The notes beneath the pieces are model-generated. The model saw nothing but the letters and a program-made list of their open reading frames with translations. It made no database searches and was not told the origin of the DNA. The translations under genes and the position numbers were made by a program. From positions 294,438 to 358,437 of the forward strand of contig CAVQGX010000031.1 of NCBI GenBank assembly GCA_963712115.1: a DNA stretch of 64,000 bases, given 5' to 3'. This DNA is from an uncultured delta proteobacterium. GTDB lineage: Bacteria; Desulfobacterota; Syntrophobacteria; BM002. Shown here one piece after another: positions 55,268-64,000 of the stretch. Each line of letters starts with the position of its first letter. Position 1 is the first letter of the stretch.

Positions 55268-56734
55268 TTACATTGAAGCAGCTTGATTAGATTCTTGCGG
55301 GAGCTTGAGCTTGACGATCTCAGCCAACTCGGTGGGTTTTTCAATAGTTTCATCGATGGCCTGAAGAAGGATTCGATAGTAAGTTTTTATACGGTTTACA
55401 TATCTCACCGGTTCGGTTCCCCTGGCATATCCGTGAGGCAGGCTTCGGTAGTATTTCTTCTGCCGTAACAAAGGTAGAGCAGCACTCACATCCTGCCAGT
55501 TGTCCGGATCTTTATCCAACCGTTTTGCCAATCCTCTGGCGTCCTCTAAGTGCCCCCAGCCTACATTGTAAGCTGCCAGAGCCATATAAGTCCTGTCTGG
55601 TTCGGGAACAGTATTGCCGATCCTTTCGTGCAGCAGAGCTAAGTAGCGAGCTCCACCTTCAATAGATTGACGGGGGTCCAGCCTGCTCTCTACCCCCAGA
55701 CTTTCAGCAGTGTCCTGCGTGAGCATCATTAAACCTCTGACTCCAGTAAAGCTTACCGCTTGGGGATCCCAATGGGATTCCTGATATGATTGCGCTGCCA
55801 CCAGCTTCCAATCCAAGCCGTGTTTTTTTGCTGCTGTCTTAAAGTAACTTTTGTACATGGGCAGACGATGCCTTAGCCTGCGGTGATACTGGACCAGATC
55901 AACATAATCAAAGACTTTGAGGTGCCCATAATAATGTTGCTTCAATTTCTGCAGCTGAGCAGAGGTTGATGGTTGGGCAAACCAGTGCTCAACGGCAGCC
56001 AAGAGATGATGGTGCTGCGGATGCACGGCCCAGGCAAGTTGTTCAGCTTCTTGAATCGCAAAGTGAATCCTGAGTTGCGGATAATAACGCCGATTCACCG
56101 CAACAATGTTTGAGTCGGCTATGGTAAGTGGAATTATGCCTCGCCAGACCATCTCCAGGATTTCCTCGGTCTCATAGCCAGAAACCGGCAGCCAGGACAG
56201 GCCGGGATATTGAGGTTTTAGCTCCTTTAGCCTCTCTTCATAGGAGGTGCCGGCATTTACCCATAAGGGCTGGCCAATGAGATCTCCTACATCGCTAGGT
56301 GACGGGCCGCCCCGGCGGCCCACCACTTGCTGCTGGACCTCCATATAGGGAGGACCAAATGCTACTCTTCGCATGCGGTTCTCTGTAACGGTAAAGCCTG
56401 CGGCAATTAGATCTGCTTCGCCTCGAAGTAGTGCGGGAATCATCTCATTGAAATTGTCGGTGACAACGCATTTCAGCTTCACACCCAGATGATCAGCAAA
56501 GCTTTTCACCAGATCGTATTCAAAGCCAGCAAATCCCTGAGGTCCCTCGAAGTAACAGGTGGCATTGTTTCGAATAAGCACTCGAAGGGTACCCCTGTCT
56601 TTTATAGTATCCAACTCATCTCTGGGACCCAACTGGTTACAGCCGGTGCCAGCTAGGAGAATTAGACAGAGGGTGAACGAGCTCAGCAGTTTCATCCAGG
56701 TGAGAATAAATCTGTTTTGGCCAGATCCTGTCAT
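55268..56734 (-). CDS. mltF: Membrane-bound lytic murein transglycosylase F
   Basis: SBP_bac_3 N-domain (GFEYDL..FA) plus SLT domain (YQESHW, GVRGLMMLT, AAYNVG.GH..DAR, GYARG.EP); start uncertain. Confidence 0.93.
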   Translation of the reverse strand: MTGSGQNRFILTWMKLLSSFTLCLILLAGTGCNQLGPRDELDTIKDRGTLRVLIRNNATCYFEGPQGFAGFEYDLVKSFADHLGVKLKCVVTDNFNEMIPALLRGEADLIAAGFTVTENRMRRVAFGPPYMEVQQQVVGRRGGPSPSDVGDLIGQPLWVNAGTSYEERLKELKPQYPGLSWLPVSGYETEEILEMVWRGIIPLTIADSNIVAVNRRYYPQLRIHFAIQEAEQLAWAVHPQHHHLLAAVEHWFAQPSTSAQLQKLKQHYYGHLKVFDYVDLVQYHRRLRHRLPMYKSYFKTAAKKHGLDWKLVAAQSYQESHWDPQAVSFTGVRGLMMLTQDTAESLGVESRLDPRQSIEGGARYLALLHERIGNTVPEPDRTYMALAAYNVGWGHLEDARGLAKRLDKDPDNWQDVSAALPLLRQKKYYRSLPHGYARGTEPVRYVNRIKTYYRILLQAIDETIEKPTELAEIVKLKLPQESNQAASM

Positions 56735-57140
56735 TATTTTATCTTCTGAATCCCCTTTGATAAATGACCCCTGCCCTGATATTGAAGTTACCTTCCAGGC
56801 TACATGGGTCAGAGCCAATTACCATACTTGGGTGTTTCCCCAATAGAGCAAAATCCGTACCTTTTCATCCAATTAGCTCTTTGCTAGACCCGTTCCGTCC
56901 TGTTTTTTCAACGGCCACTTGGTTTTGCAGATCGAGGGAAGACTCAGATAATGCTTCTTTCGAAATTTGTCAAGACCTCAGCCGGAGTAAGCGGCCAGTT
57001 GTGACCTCCCTTGGCATTGCCTGCATAAATATTATATTTTCACATGGTTATGCCTGCAAACAAAGAGAGTATCTCCATTCTTCCCAAGTGTACGAGAGTA
57101 TACCATTAATTACTCCAGGAAAACAAACCGAGGCTCACTT

Positions 57141-57332
57141 ACCCTAATGTTGAAGACCCACTCCGAGGAAAAACGCGTTAGAGGGCGGCAGATGTGGCCG
57201 AGCGCAGACTCGGGCAGGATGAACAGTACTTTACCGTACGTGAGATCCTGGCCGAGGCGAGCAGGGTCGCAGATGCCGTTCTATCAAGCGAGCGGAGCGA
57301 TTTTTACCGGTTTGGGTTTGCAGCATTAGGGT
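57141..57332. mobile_element. 192-bp MITE-like element, copy B (direct orientation to copy A)
   Basis: ACCCTAATGTTGAAGACCCA ... TGGGTTTGCAGCATTAGGGT. Confidence 0.8.
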
Positions 57333-57446
57333 TAACCAGTTTCCATCCGGAACCAAAGATTTCCGGCTGGAGCTGTCAGTGTTCAGCAGTCAGCTTTAAT
57401 TATTGGATTTATTTAGATTTAGCTGAAAACTGAAGGCTGATGGCGC

Positions 57447-58799
57447 TCATCCTAAAACCTTTGTTTTCGGATGAGCACTAACCAGCATCACTCGAAGATC
57501 CATTACGTTGGTATTGGTGGGGCCAGTAATCAGCAGGTCGTCCAGGTGTTGAAAAAAGTGATAAGAGTCGTTTTCTTCAAGGAACTCTCTGGGATTGAGA
57601 CCCTTAGCCAGGGCTCTTGCTACGGTATCGCCATCCACCACTGCACCCGCAGCATCGGTGGGCCCGTCTGTGCCGTCCGTGCCACCGCTGAGAAGGCAGA
57701 CACCCTTAAGTCCCTCGAGATCCAAAGCGGCCGCCAGGGAAAACTCCAAGTTTCGTCCACCCTTACCCTTGCCGCGTACCACTACCGTGGTCTCTCCCCC
57801 TGAAATCAGACAGGCAGGTGGACTAACGGGGTGGCCGCTTTGAACAATTTCCTTAAGCAGGGCGCTATGAAAACCTGCCGCCTCCGTGGTGTCACCCTCG
57901 ATCATTGTAGAAAGAATGAGGGTTTGGTAACCGAGCTTCTGTGCCTTTGCTGCGGCAGCCTTTAGCGCCTGCAAATTGTTGCCTACCAGAGTAGTATAAC
58001 TGTTGGAGAATATTAGATCATTTGGTTTAGGTGTCTCTGGGACTTCTCCTTTCATTCCGGCTTCCAAGTAAGATCTAACTGATGGAGGCAACTTCTCTCC
58101 GAGAGAATAACGGTCTAACACTGCTCTGCAATCCTCGAATGTACTCGGATCCCCCACGGTTGGCCCGGAAGCAATGACATCGAGGGGATCGCCCACAACA
58201 TCTGAGAGAACAAGGGAGACAAGGGTTGCCGGATTAGCCAGTCTCGCCAGCTGTCCCCCTTTGATTTGGGAGAGGTGTTTTCTAATGGTGTTCATCTCCT
58301 CAATGGAGGCGCCGGACTTTAAAAGGAGATTGGTGGTGGTCATTTTCTCTTCCAGGGTGATACCCTCAACCGGCATGGGAAGTAAGGCTGAGCCGCCCCC
58401 AGATAGTAGGAACAGCACCAAGTCTTTTCGGCCCATCTTCGCCAGCAGATCTGCCAGTTCCCTGGTAGCTCGCCAGCCATTTTCGTCGGGGGTTGGATGG
58501 CCTGCCTCCTCAAGGCGGATTTTCTGCAGGGGTGCCAGATAACCGTACTTAACGATAACCAGCCCTCCCTTCACCAGGTTCCCGAGGATTTCTTCCACTG
58601 CCTGAGCCATAGCGGCTGAACCTTTACCCGCGCCTATGGCCCAAACGTGGCTGAATTCATTCAGATCAAATTTTTTCTCTCCGATTTCAAGAATATTTCC
58701 CTCTAAAGCCACGAACCTCTTCACTGCCTCTTTCGGATCCACAGCTCTCAATCCAGCTTCAAAGATTTGTTGAGCCTCTGCTTTGAGATCTCTTGCCAT
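57447..58799 (-). CDS. Glycerate 2-kinase (class II, DUF4147/MOFRL)
   Basis: GAGK, GHP.PD, SGGGSAL, IASGPT, GGETTV, GTDGTDGP, TGPTNTNVMD. ATG is the reverse complement of CAT at 58797-58799, so the gene is on the minus strand despite the + label in the ORF track. Confidence 0.93.
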   Translation of the reverse strand: MARDLKAEAQQIFEAGLRAVDPKEAVKRFVALEGNILEIGEKKFDLNEFSHVWAIGAGKGSAAMAQAVEEILGNLVKGGLVIVKYGYLAPLQKIRLEEAGHPTPDENGWRATRELADLLAKMGRKDLVLFLLSGGGSALLPMPVEGITLEEKMTTTNLLLKSGASIEEMNTIRKHLSQIKGGQLARLANPATLVSLVLSDVVGDPLDVIASGPTVGDPSTFEDCRAVLDRYSLGEKLPPSVRSYLEAGMKGEVPETPKPNDLIFSNSYTTLVGNNLQALKAAAAKAQKLGYQTLILSTMIEGDTTEAAGFHSALLKEIVQSGHPVSPPACLISGGETTVVVRGKGKGGRNLEFSLAAALDLEGLKGVCLLSGGTDGTDGPTDAAGAVVDGDTVARALAKGLNPREFLEENDSYHFFQHLDDLLITGPTNTNVMDLRVMLVSAHPKTKVLG

Positions 58800-58883
58800 A
58801 ACGAGCTCCTTAACAGCCTAACTCGGTTAGATTTTTGCCAACACCAGAGTTGTCTTATCTCAACACCCCGTGCTCCATCTCTC

Positions 58884-59003
58884 TTCGCTATGCGCTCTGC
58901 GCTGTGCGACCTCGGTGCCTAGTGCCTACTGCCTAGTTCAAATGGCTGCCCGCTGCCTGCTGTATTTCTCCATGCCCCATGCTCCATGCCCTATGCCCTA
59001 TGC
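58884..59003. repeat. Stacked heptamer tandems (TGCGCTM, TGCCTAS, ATGCYCY); partly an inverted copy of 54705-54770
   Basis: gtgcctagtgcctactgcctagttcaaatggctgcc...ctgctgtatttctcc matches the reverse complement of ggagaaatacagcaggcagccatttgaa. Confidence 0.8.
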
Positions 59004-59107
59004 AACAAACAATCTGCAATTGACAGTGCTCGCTTCTGCCAAGTAGAATCATCCATGTCGGCGCAATCATTTATCCTTTTGGAAAGAGGTTTTGGAGGTA
59101 TTTGAAT

Positions 59108-59521
59108 ATGGAGAATTGCATCTTTTGTAAGATCGTTCGCGGGGAGATCCCTTCAGCAAAGGTACTGGAAAACGAAAAGTTATTAGCATTTCTGGACATC
59201 AATCCGGTTAGCAAGGGGCACACGCTGGTAATTCCCAAGGCCCACTATGCCGCCTACGCGGAAATACCTGTAGATGTTCTCGCTGCAATGGGCGAGGCCT
59301 TGCAAAAAATTGGCAGGGCAGTCAAATCCCAACTTGATTTCGCCGGCTTTAACATTCTGCTCAATAATGACCGGGCGGCAGGCCAGCTCATCGATCACTC
59401 TCATTTCCACCTGATTCCAAGAAATATCGGGGATGGAGTGATGGACTGGCCTCCGGTTCGTCCGTACGCAGAAGGTGAAATGGAAACCATCCGCGCAGTG
59501 CTGTCTAATGCGGTGTCATAA
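59108..59521 (+). CDS. HIT-family nucleotide hydrolase
   Basis: CIFCKIV.GEIP, GHTLVIPK, HSHFHLIP; upstream TTGACA-18-TAGAAT. Confidence 0.93.
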   Translation: MENCIFCKIVRGEIPSAKVLENEKLLAFLDINPVSKGHTLVIPKAHYAAYAEIPVDVLAAMGEALQKIGRAVKSQLDFAGFNILLNNDRAAGQLIDHSHFHLIPRNIGDGVMDWPPVRPYAEGEMETIRAVLSNAVS

Positions 59522-59541
59522 CAGGCGCACGACGCCATTGG

Positions 59542-59772
59542 GTCATTACGCTCAGCGCTATTGCGCTTCGCTGTCACTGGGCTCCGCCGTCAATAGGGCT
59601 GGCGCCCGTCATTGTTGTCATTTGTGGTTATTTCACCTATTAATTATCACCGATCTTAACGACCTGTTGACAACAAATGACAGCGGAGCGTACTGACCTA
59701 ATGACCATAAGTGACGCCGAAGGCATACTGACAGCGAAGCGTATTGACGGCCACGTCTCGTGGCCAAATGAC
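59542..59772. repeat. Modular GTCA/TGAC mini-hairpin array, copy 8
   Basis: Same modules; ends GGCCACGTCTCGTGGCC aaatgac. Confidence 0.9.
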
Positions 59773-59788
59773 CGCAAAAGTCTCACGG

Positions 59789-60616
59789 TTAAGTTCTGTA
59801 CTTACTAGGTAAGGAAAGGTACCTTTCGCCTTCCTGGACTCTGCCCCGTTTGACACAGCCCTGCCCGTAAATCTCACACTTCCGGCGGAGTACCCTCCAG
59901 GCCCATCTGTACTGATCGGTCGAGAGTCTACCGCTTTTTAAAAGTTTCTCCAAAGCCTTGATTCTATACCGATCTATACCACTTCTGGCAGACAACTGAT
60001 CTGAGTGGCCACCCCGCTTGATCACCAGTGGATGAGGCAGCAACGGTACTGGATATTCCACTGAAACTCGCAGCCACAAGTCATAGTCCTCAGCAGCAGG
60101 CAAATCCTCGTCAAAATAGCCCACCTTTTCCAAAAGCGAAGCCTTCAACATCACCGCTGAAGGGCTGACTAAGCAGAGATGCAGGCTCCGTCGAAAAATG
60201 TCCCCCGATGGCTTTCGATGGTGTTTTTTTGGATTCACCTGCCGGTTATTTCTCCACCAGATCTCTTCTGTCTGGCAAATGTGAACCTCCGGATGCTCCA
60301 TCATGTAGTTATGTTGAAGGTGCAATTTAGATGGGAGCCACAGGTCATCAGAATCCAAGAAAGCAACCAGTGGGGCGGTGGAAAACTCAAGTCCACGATT
60401 TCGCGCAGCGCTTACTCCCGCATTTTCCTGCTGGCAATATTTGAGACGGGAGCCAAAAATAGATAGTCTTTCCTCCGTTTCGTCGGTGGAGCCATCGTCA
60501 ACCACAATGAGCTCAAAATCCGTCATTTCCTGGGCCAGAACTGATTCCACCGCTTCCGTCACCATGGCGGCCCGATTGAAGGTGGTGATTATAACCGATA
60601 CTTGAGGTAGCATCAT
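59789..60616 (-). CDS. Glycosyltransferase family 2
   Basis: VSVIITTFNR, VVDDGSTD, SAARN.G, FLDSDD, EDYDLWLR. Confidence 0.93.
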   Translation of the reverse strand: MMLPQVSVIITTFNRAAMVTEAVESVLAQEMTDFELIVVDDGSTDETEERLSIFGSRLKYCQQENAGVSAARNRGLEFSTAPLVAFLDSDDLWLPSKLHLQHNYMMEHPEVHICQTEEIWWRNNRQVNPKKHHRKPSGDIFRRSLHLCLVSPSAVMLKASLLEKVGYFDEDLPAAEDYDLWLRVSVEYPVPLLPHPLVIKRGGHSDQLSARSGIDRYRIKALEKLLKSGRLSTDQYRWAWRVLRRKCEIYGQGCVKRGRVQEGERYLSLPSKYRT

Positions 60617-60652
60617 TTACAGAGCTAAAAGCACAGGACACAAGATTATTAG

Positions 60653-60856
60653 GTCATTACGCTCCGCGCTATTGCGCTCTGCTGTCACTAAGCTCCGCCG
60701 TCATTAGGGCTGGCGCCCGTCATTAAGTTGTCTCAACGCCACAATGACAGTTAACTATGAATGACAGCGGAGCGCAGTGACCCATTTACCATAAATGACG
60801 CCGAAGGCATATTGACAGCGAAGCGTAGTGACGGCCACGTCTAGTGGCCAAATGAC
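60653..60856. repeat. Modular GTCA/TGAC mini-hairpin array, copy 9
   Basis: Same modules; spacer acaatgacagttaactatga is the reverse complement of the copy 7 spacer. Confidence 0.9.
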
Positions 60857-60902
60857 CTGCAAAGTCTTGCACCTTAAGCCACGAACCTGTGACTTCTTGC
60901 CA

Positions 60903-62645
60903 CTAGCCAAGAGTGAGTTGATATATAACCGCTAGCCCACCAGCAAGATAGAAGCTATTCTCCACCAGGGTTTCGAAGCGGAGACTGCCCGGCCTCAATA
61001 ACTCCCTTTTGTGGACGAATAGGTAGAAGCCTGTATAAAAGCAAGTAATCAGCATTACATAGCTAAAATCTGTGGCTAAGCCGAGTAGGGGTGCCACCAA
61101 TAAAGAGATTGCCAGACCCAAGACCAAATAGACCAAAAGCCGTCTGGTGTGCTTCTCACCTATGACAATCGGCAAAGTCTCCTCGCCAACCAGTCTATCT
61201 CCTTGGATATCTACAATGTCAAAGACGGCCGAGCGCACAAAAACCAAGGCAAAAACTACACTTACTGCAAAAAGAGTTTGAAAACCTAAGGCGTGACCTT
61301 CGCGCATACTCGGAAGTAAAGTGGCAACAACACTCCAACCGGCGGCGACAAAAATTGTCTTGGATGCGGGAATATCTTTGAGTTTGGATACTCTAACAAC
61401 TCGCAGCCAACTCTCCGGAAATATGCGCACACTGTAGAGTAGTCCTAATCCGGTCATAGCCAACAGGGCGAAGAAAAGGGCCCTGCTCTGAGCATTGGCG
61501 ATCATTAGAGCTACAATTACACCACTTAGACTGGTCAGAAAAAAGCCGAACTTATATTGCTCGTAAAGGGCAGCACGGGAAGGATAGTTAAAGCGCGACG
61601 CCTTGTCAGTGTAACGGTTGAGGACATGCATAGCAAATACATAGAAGAATGTTATAAAAAAATCTGCAAGCCTCGGCTTGATTCCTTGAAGCACAGCTGC
61701 CGCATAGCTCAAACATCCTGCACCGCCTGCCACATAAAGATTGCTTTGCAAGAAAAAGCGCAAGTAGTGGTCAAAGACCCTTACCAGTGGCCTCACCCCC
61801 CTGGGTTGTATGCTCTCCAGTTTGTGCACAACCCGCCGGAGCAGCCAGTGGGGAGTCGAAGCACCTGCGGTAACACCTACAACAGTTAGGTCCTGAAATT
61901 GCTTTCGATCCAGTTCCTCTTCGGTCTCGACATGAAAAGTCGGGATACCGGTAGCCGCGGCTATCTCTGCCAATCTCTTAGTATTTCCGCTATGGTGGCC
62001 ACCTACGACCACCATTGCTTCCACCTCCTTGCAGAGAGAGCGCACCTCCTCCTGACGATTGTGGGTGGAGTCACAGATGGTATTGTGAATCTCAGCCCCT
62101 GGATAGCGTTTTTCTATAAGAGTTGATATTGCTTTAAAGGCACGTTCATCTTGGGTGGTCTGCGCCACCACCAATACCTTGTCCATTGAGGGGAGTTGCT
62201 CAACTTCTTCAACCGTATTCAACACGTGAGCGCGCCCGTTGGCGAAACCTTTTAGCCCGATTACCTCGGCGTGATTGTCGTCACCGACAATAACGACACC
62301 GTACCCTCTCAATGCATGTTTCTTTATGATTCCCTGGACCTTCCCTACCCTTGGACAGGTGGCGTTGATGATCTTGAAACCTTTCTGCCTAATTGCCTTT
62401 CGTTCCTGGGGAGGAATACCGTGGGCTCTTATGGCTATGCGGCCCTGTTCTGCCTCTTCCATGTCCTTAAGACAACGAATGCCTCTCTTCTCCAAAATCT
62501 CTAGGACCTGATTGTTGTGGATTAGAGGTCCATAGGTATGAATAATCTCGTCAGGCTGTAGATCCCTGGCAGCGTTGAGCACCAGGTCCAGAGCCCGCCG
62601 CACCCCCATGCAGAAACCGGCATTTTTCGCTACTTTTACCTTCAC
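60903..62645 (-). CDS. ispH: IspH (HMBPP reductase) fused to a C-terminal UbiA-like prenyltransferase membrane domain
   Basis: AGFCMGV.RA, GPLIHN, ATCP, TIC..T..RQ, S.NT..L, TAGASTP; C-terminal TMs with NRYTD and DIVDIQGD; GTG at 62645 behind AGGAG. Confidence 0.9.
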   Translation of the reverse strand: MKVKVAKNAGFCMGVRRALDLVLNAARDLQPDEIIHTYGPLIHNNQVLEILEKRGIRCLKDMEEAEQGRIAIRAHGIPPQERKAIRQKGFKIINATCPRVGKVQGIIKKHALRGYGVVIVGDDNHAEVIGLKGFANGRAHVLNTVEEVEQLPSMDKVLVVAQTTQDERAFKAISTLIEKRYPGAEIHNTICDSTHNRQEEVRSLCKEVEAMVVVGGHHSGNTKRLAEIAAATGIPTFHVETEEELDRKQFQDLTVVGVTAGASTPHWLLRRVVHKLESIQPRGVRPLVRVFDHYLRFFLQSNLYVAGGAGCLSYAAAVLQGIKPRLADFFITFFYVFAMHVLNRYTDKASRFNYPSRAALYEQYKFGFFLTSLSGVIVALMIANAQSRALFFALLAMTGLGLLYSVRIFPESWLRVVRVSKLKDIPASKTIFVAAGWSVVATLLPSMREGHALGFQTLFAVSVVFALVFVRSAVFDIVDIQGDRLVGEETLPIVIGEKHTRRLLVYLVLGLAISLLVAPLLGLATDFSYVMLITCFYTGFYLFVHKRELLRPGSLRFETLVENSFYLAGGLAVIYQLTLG

Positions 62646-62937
62646 CAAATCTCCTATCTCTCGCCCGAGCCCTGCGGGCTCTAGAGTCCACAGAGAGCTC
62701 AGAGAAAAAGATATTAGTGGATGTACTCGGATCACTTAAGGAACCCTGCAAAGCAGGGGTCCCGATGGGGCCATCGGGACTAATGGAGAATGCCTGACGA
62801 CCAGAATAAGCTAGCTTATTCTGACGCTCAGGATCTCTCCATTATGCCTTTGAGCGATCCTCTCCCAGGTCAAATCAAATCATTCTCGCTGCTTTTTTGT
62901 TTTAGAGCTCTCTGAGGCTCTGTGAGAGAAAAAAATT

Positions 62938-63921
62938 TCAATCCTCCAGTATCGCAAAGAAATCCTCGCAAACTTTGATCATAGTTTCTATATCTCGGCA
63001 ACCGCTCAGGCCAGCACGTAACCGCGCGCTTCCCCGCAAGCCTTTACTATACCACATGAGCCGAGAGCGAATACCGGCGAGTCTCTGCCGCCCTGAAAGA
63101 GATTCTTTATACAAATCCAGGTGACGCCCCACAACCTCCAATCGCTCTCGCACCGATGGACCGGATAACGCCTCCCCCCGTACCAACTGTTTGGCCTGTT
63201 TGAAGATCCAGGGGTTACCCATCGCTCCGCGGCCAATCATCACTCCATTACACCCGGTCAATTGCTTCATTTCTTCAACCTGCTCGGGACGGGTGACGTC
63301 TCCGTTGCCAATGACCGGAATGGTCACTGCTTGTTTCACTTTGCCAATTAGATACCAATCCGCCTTCCCGGAAAACCCTTGCTTGGCTGTTCGTGGATGA
63401 ATGGTGATAGCGTCCGCCCCAGCATCCTCAGCAACTCTGGCCAACTCCAATACATTTATCTGGGATTTGCTCCAGCCGGATCTGGTTTTCACCGTAAGCG
63501 GAATACTCACAACTCTCCGCACAGCTTCGACTATCTGCGCTACTTTTTCCGGCTGCCGAATTAGTTGAGCGCCCGCCCCTTGACGAAGTACCTTCGGCAC
63601 CGGACACCCCATGTTGAGATCAATTATGTCAGCTCCCTCACCCGAGACAATGCGCGCAGCTTCACCCATAACTAAAGGATCTGATCCGAAAAGCTGGATA
63701 GCCAGCGGCTTTTCCTCCGGATGGCTATTTAGTAGTAACCTGGTGCTGGCACTCTTGCGCACAATTCCCTCGGCGCTAACCATCTCGGAGGTCACCAAAT
63801 CCGCACCTAAGCTCTTGGCTATTCTACGAAAACTCAGGTCAGTAATACCCGCCATGGGAGCAAGGATCAAACCCTCTCCCAATTCAAGGCCACCGATTTT
63901 GAGTTTTGTCCTCGTCGTCAC
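62938..63921 (-). CDS. dusB: tRNA dihydrouridine synthase B
   Basis: LAPMAGITD, IDLNMGCP, IHPRT, IGNGDV, GVMIGRG. Confidence 0.92.
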   Translation of the reverse strand: MTTRTKLKIGGLELGEGLILAPMAGITDLSFRRIAKSLGADLVTSEMVSAEGIVRKSASTRLLLNSHPEEKPLAIQLFGSDPLVMGEAARIVSGEGADIIDLNMGCPVPKVLRQGAGAQLIRQPEKVAQIVEAVRRVVSIPLTVKTRSGWSKSQINVLELARVAEDAGADAITIHPRTAKQGFSGKADWYLIGKVKQAVTIPVIGNGDVTRPEQVEEMKQLTGCNGVMIGRGAMGNPWIFKQAKQLVRGEALSGPSVRERLEVVGRHLDLYKESLSGRQRLAGIRSRLMWYSKGLRGSARLRAGLSGCRDIETMIKVCEDFFAILED

Positions 63922-64000
63922 GGTCTATTGCTTTCTGTTTTGTGTATCTTAACCGGAGGGGAAAATCATGAACAATCATAGATTAGTAAGGGTTAAAGAG

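Noticed and set aside
57447-58799. ORF track lists the 450-aa glycerate kinase on the + strand
   Set aside because: The protein is encoded by the reverse complement (CAT at 58797-58799, TCA at 57447-57449); reported on the minus strand.
1-64000. tRNA, rRNA, integrase, transposase, prophage or defence genes
   Set aside because: No such motifs were recognised; any enzyme acting on the repeats must lie outside this window.

Overview
64-kb chromosomal window from a sulfate-reducing or sulfur-disproportionating deltaproteobacterium (Desulfobacterota-like; lineage inferred from gene content). In order it holds: a universal-stress-protein locus with an unusual Lon protease that carries an internal response-regulator receiver domain and converges on a histidine kinase/sigma54-regulator pair; sat-aprBA-qmoABC; rimO, a polyprenyl synthase and an AsmA-like gene; a cobamide nucleotide-loop cluster (cobO-cobU-cobT-cobS-cobD-cbiB); a phosphate cluster (phoU fused to a pseudo-phosphatase, pstSCAB-B-S, PiT, DUF47) with arsC/arsR; an Fe3+/polyamine-type ABC transporter; a cobalamin riboswitch; and housekeeping genes (mltF, glycerate kinase, HIT, GT2, ispH-ubiA fusion, dusB). 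No tRNA, rRNA, CRISPR array or transposase was recognised. The most striking unexplained signal is non-coding: most intergenic gaps contain inverted-arm elements built from 7-9-bp tandem units, often nested. These include nine copies of a modular array in which a WAWTGAC/GTCAWTW unit alternates with interchangeable mini-hairpins, many with GNA loops. There are also several MITE-like elements and a candidate stand-alone ~160-nt structured RNA with its own promoter. Three genes carry apparent single-base frameshifts, and the ORF track gives the wrong strand for the glycerate kinase (it is on the minus strand). All calls are by eye; no database searches were run.
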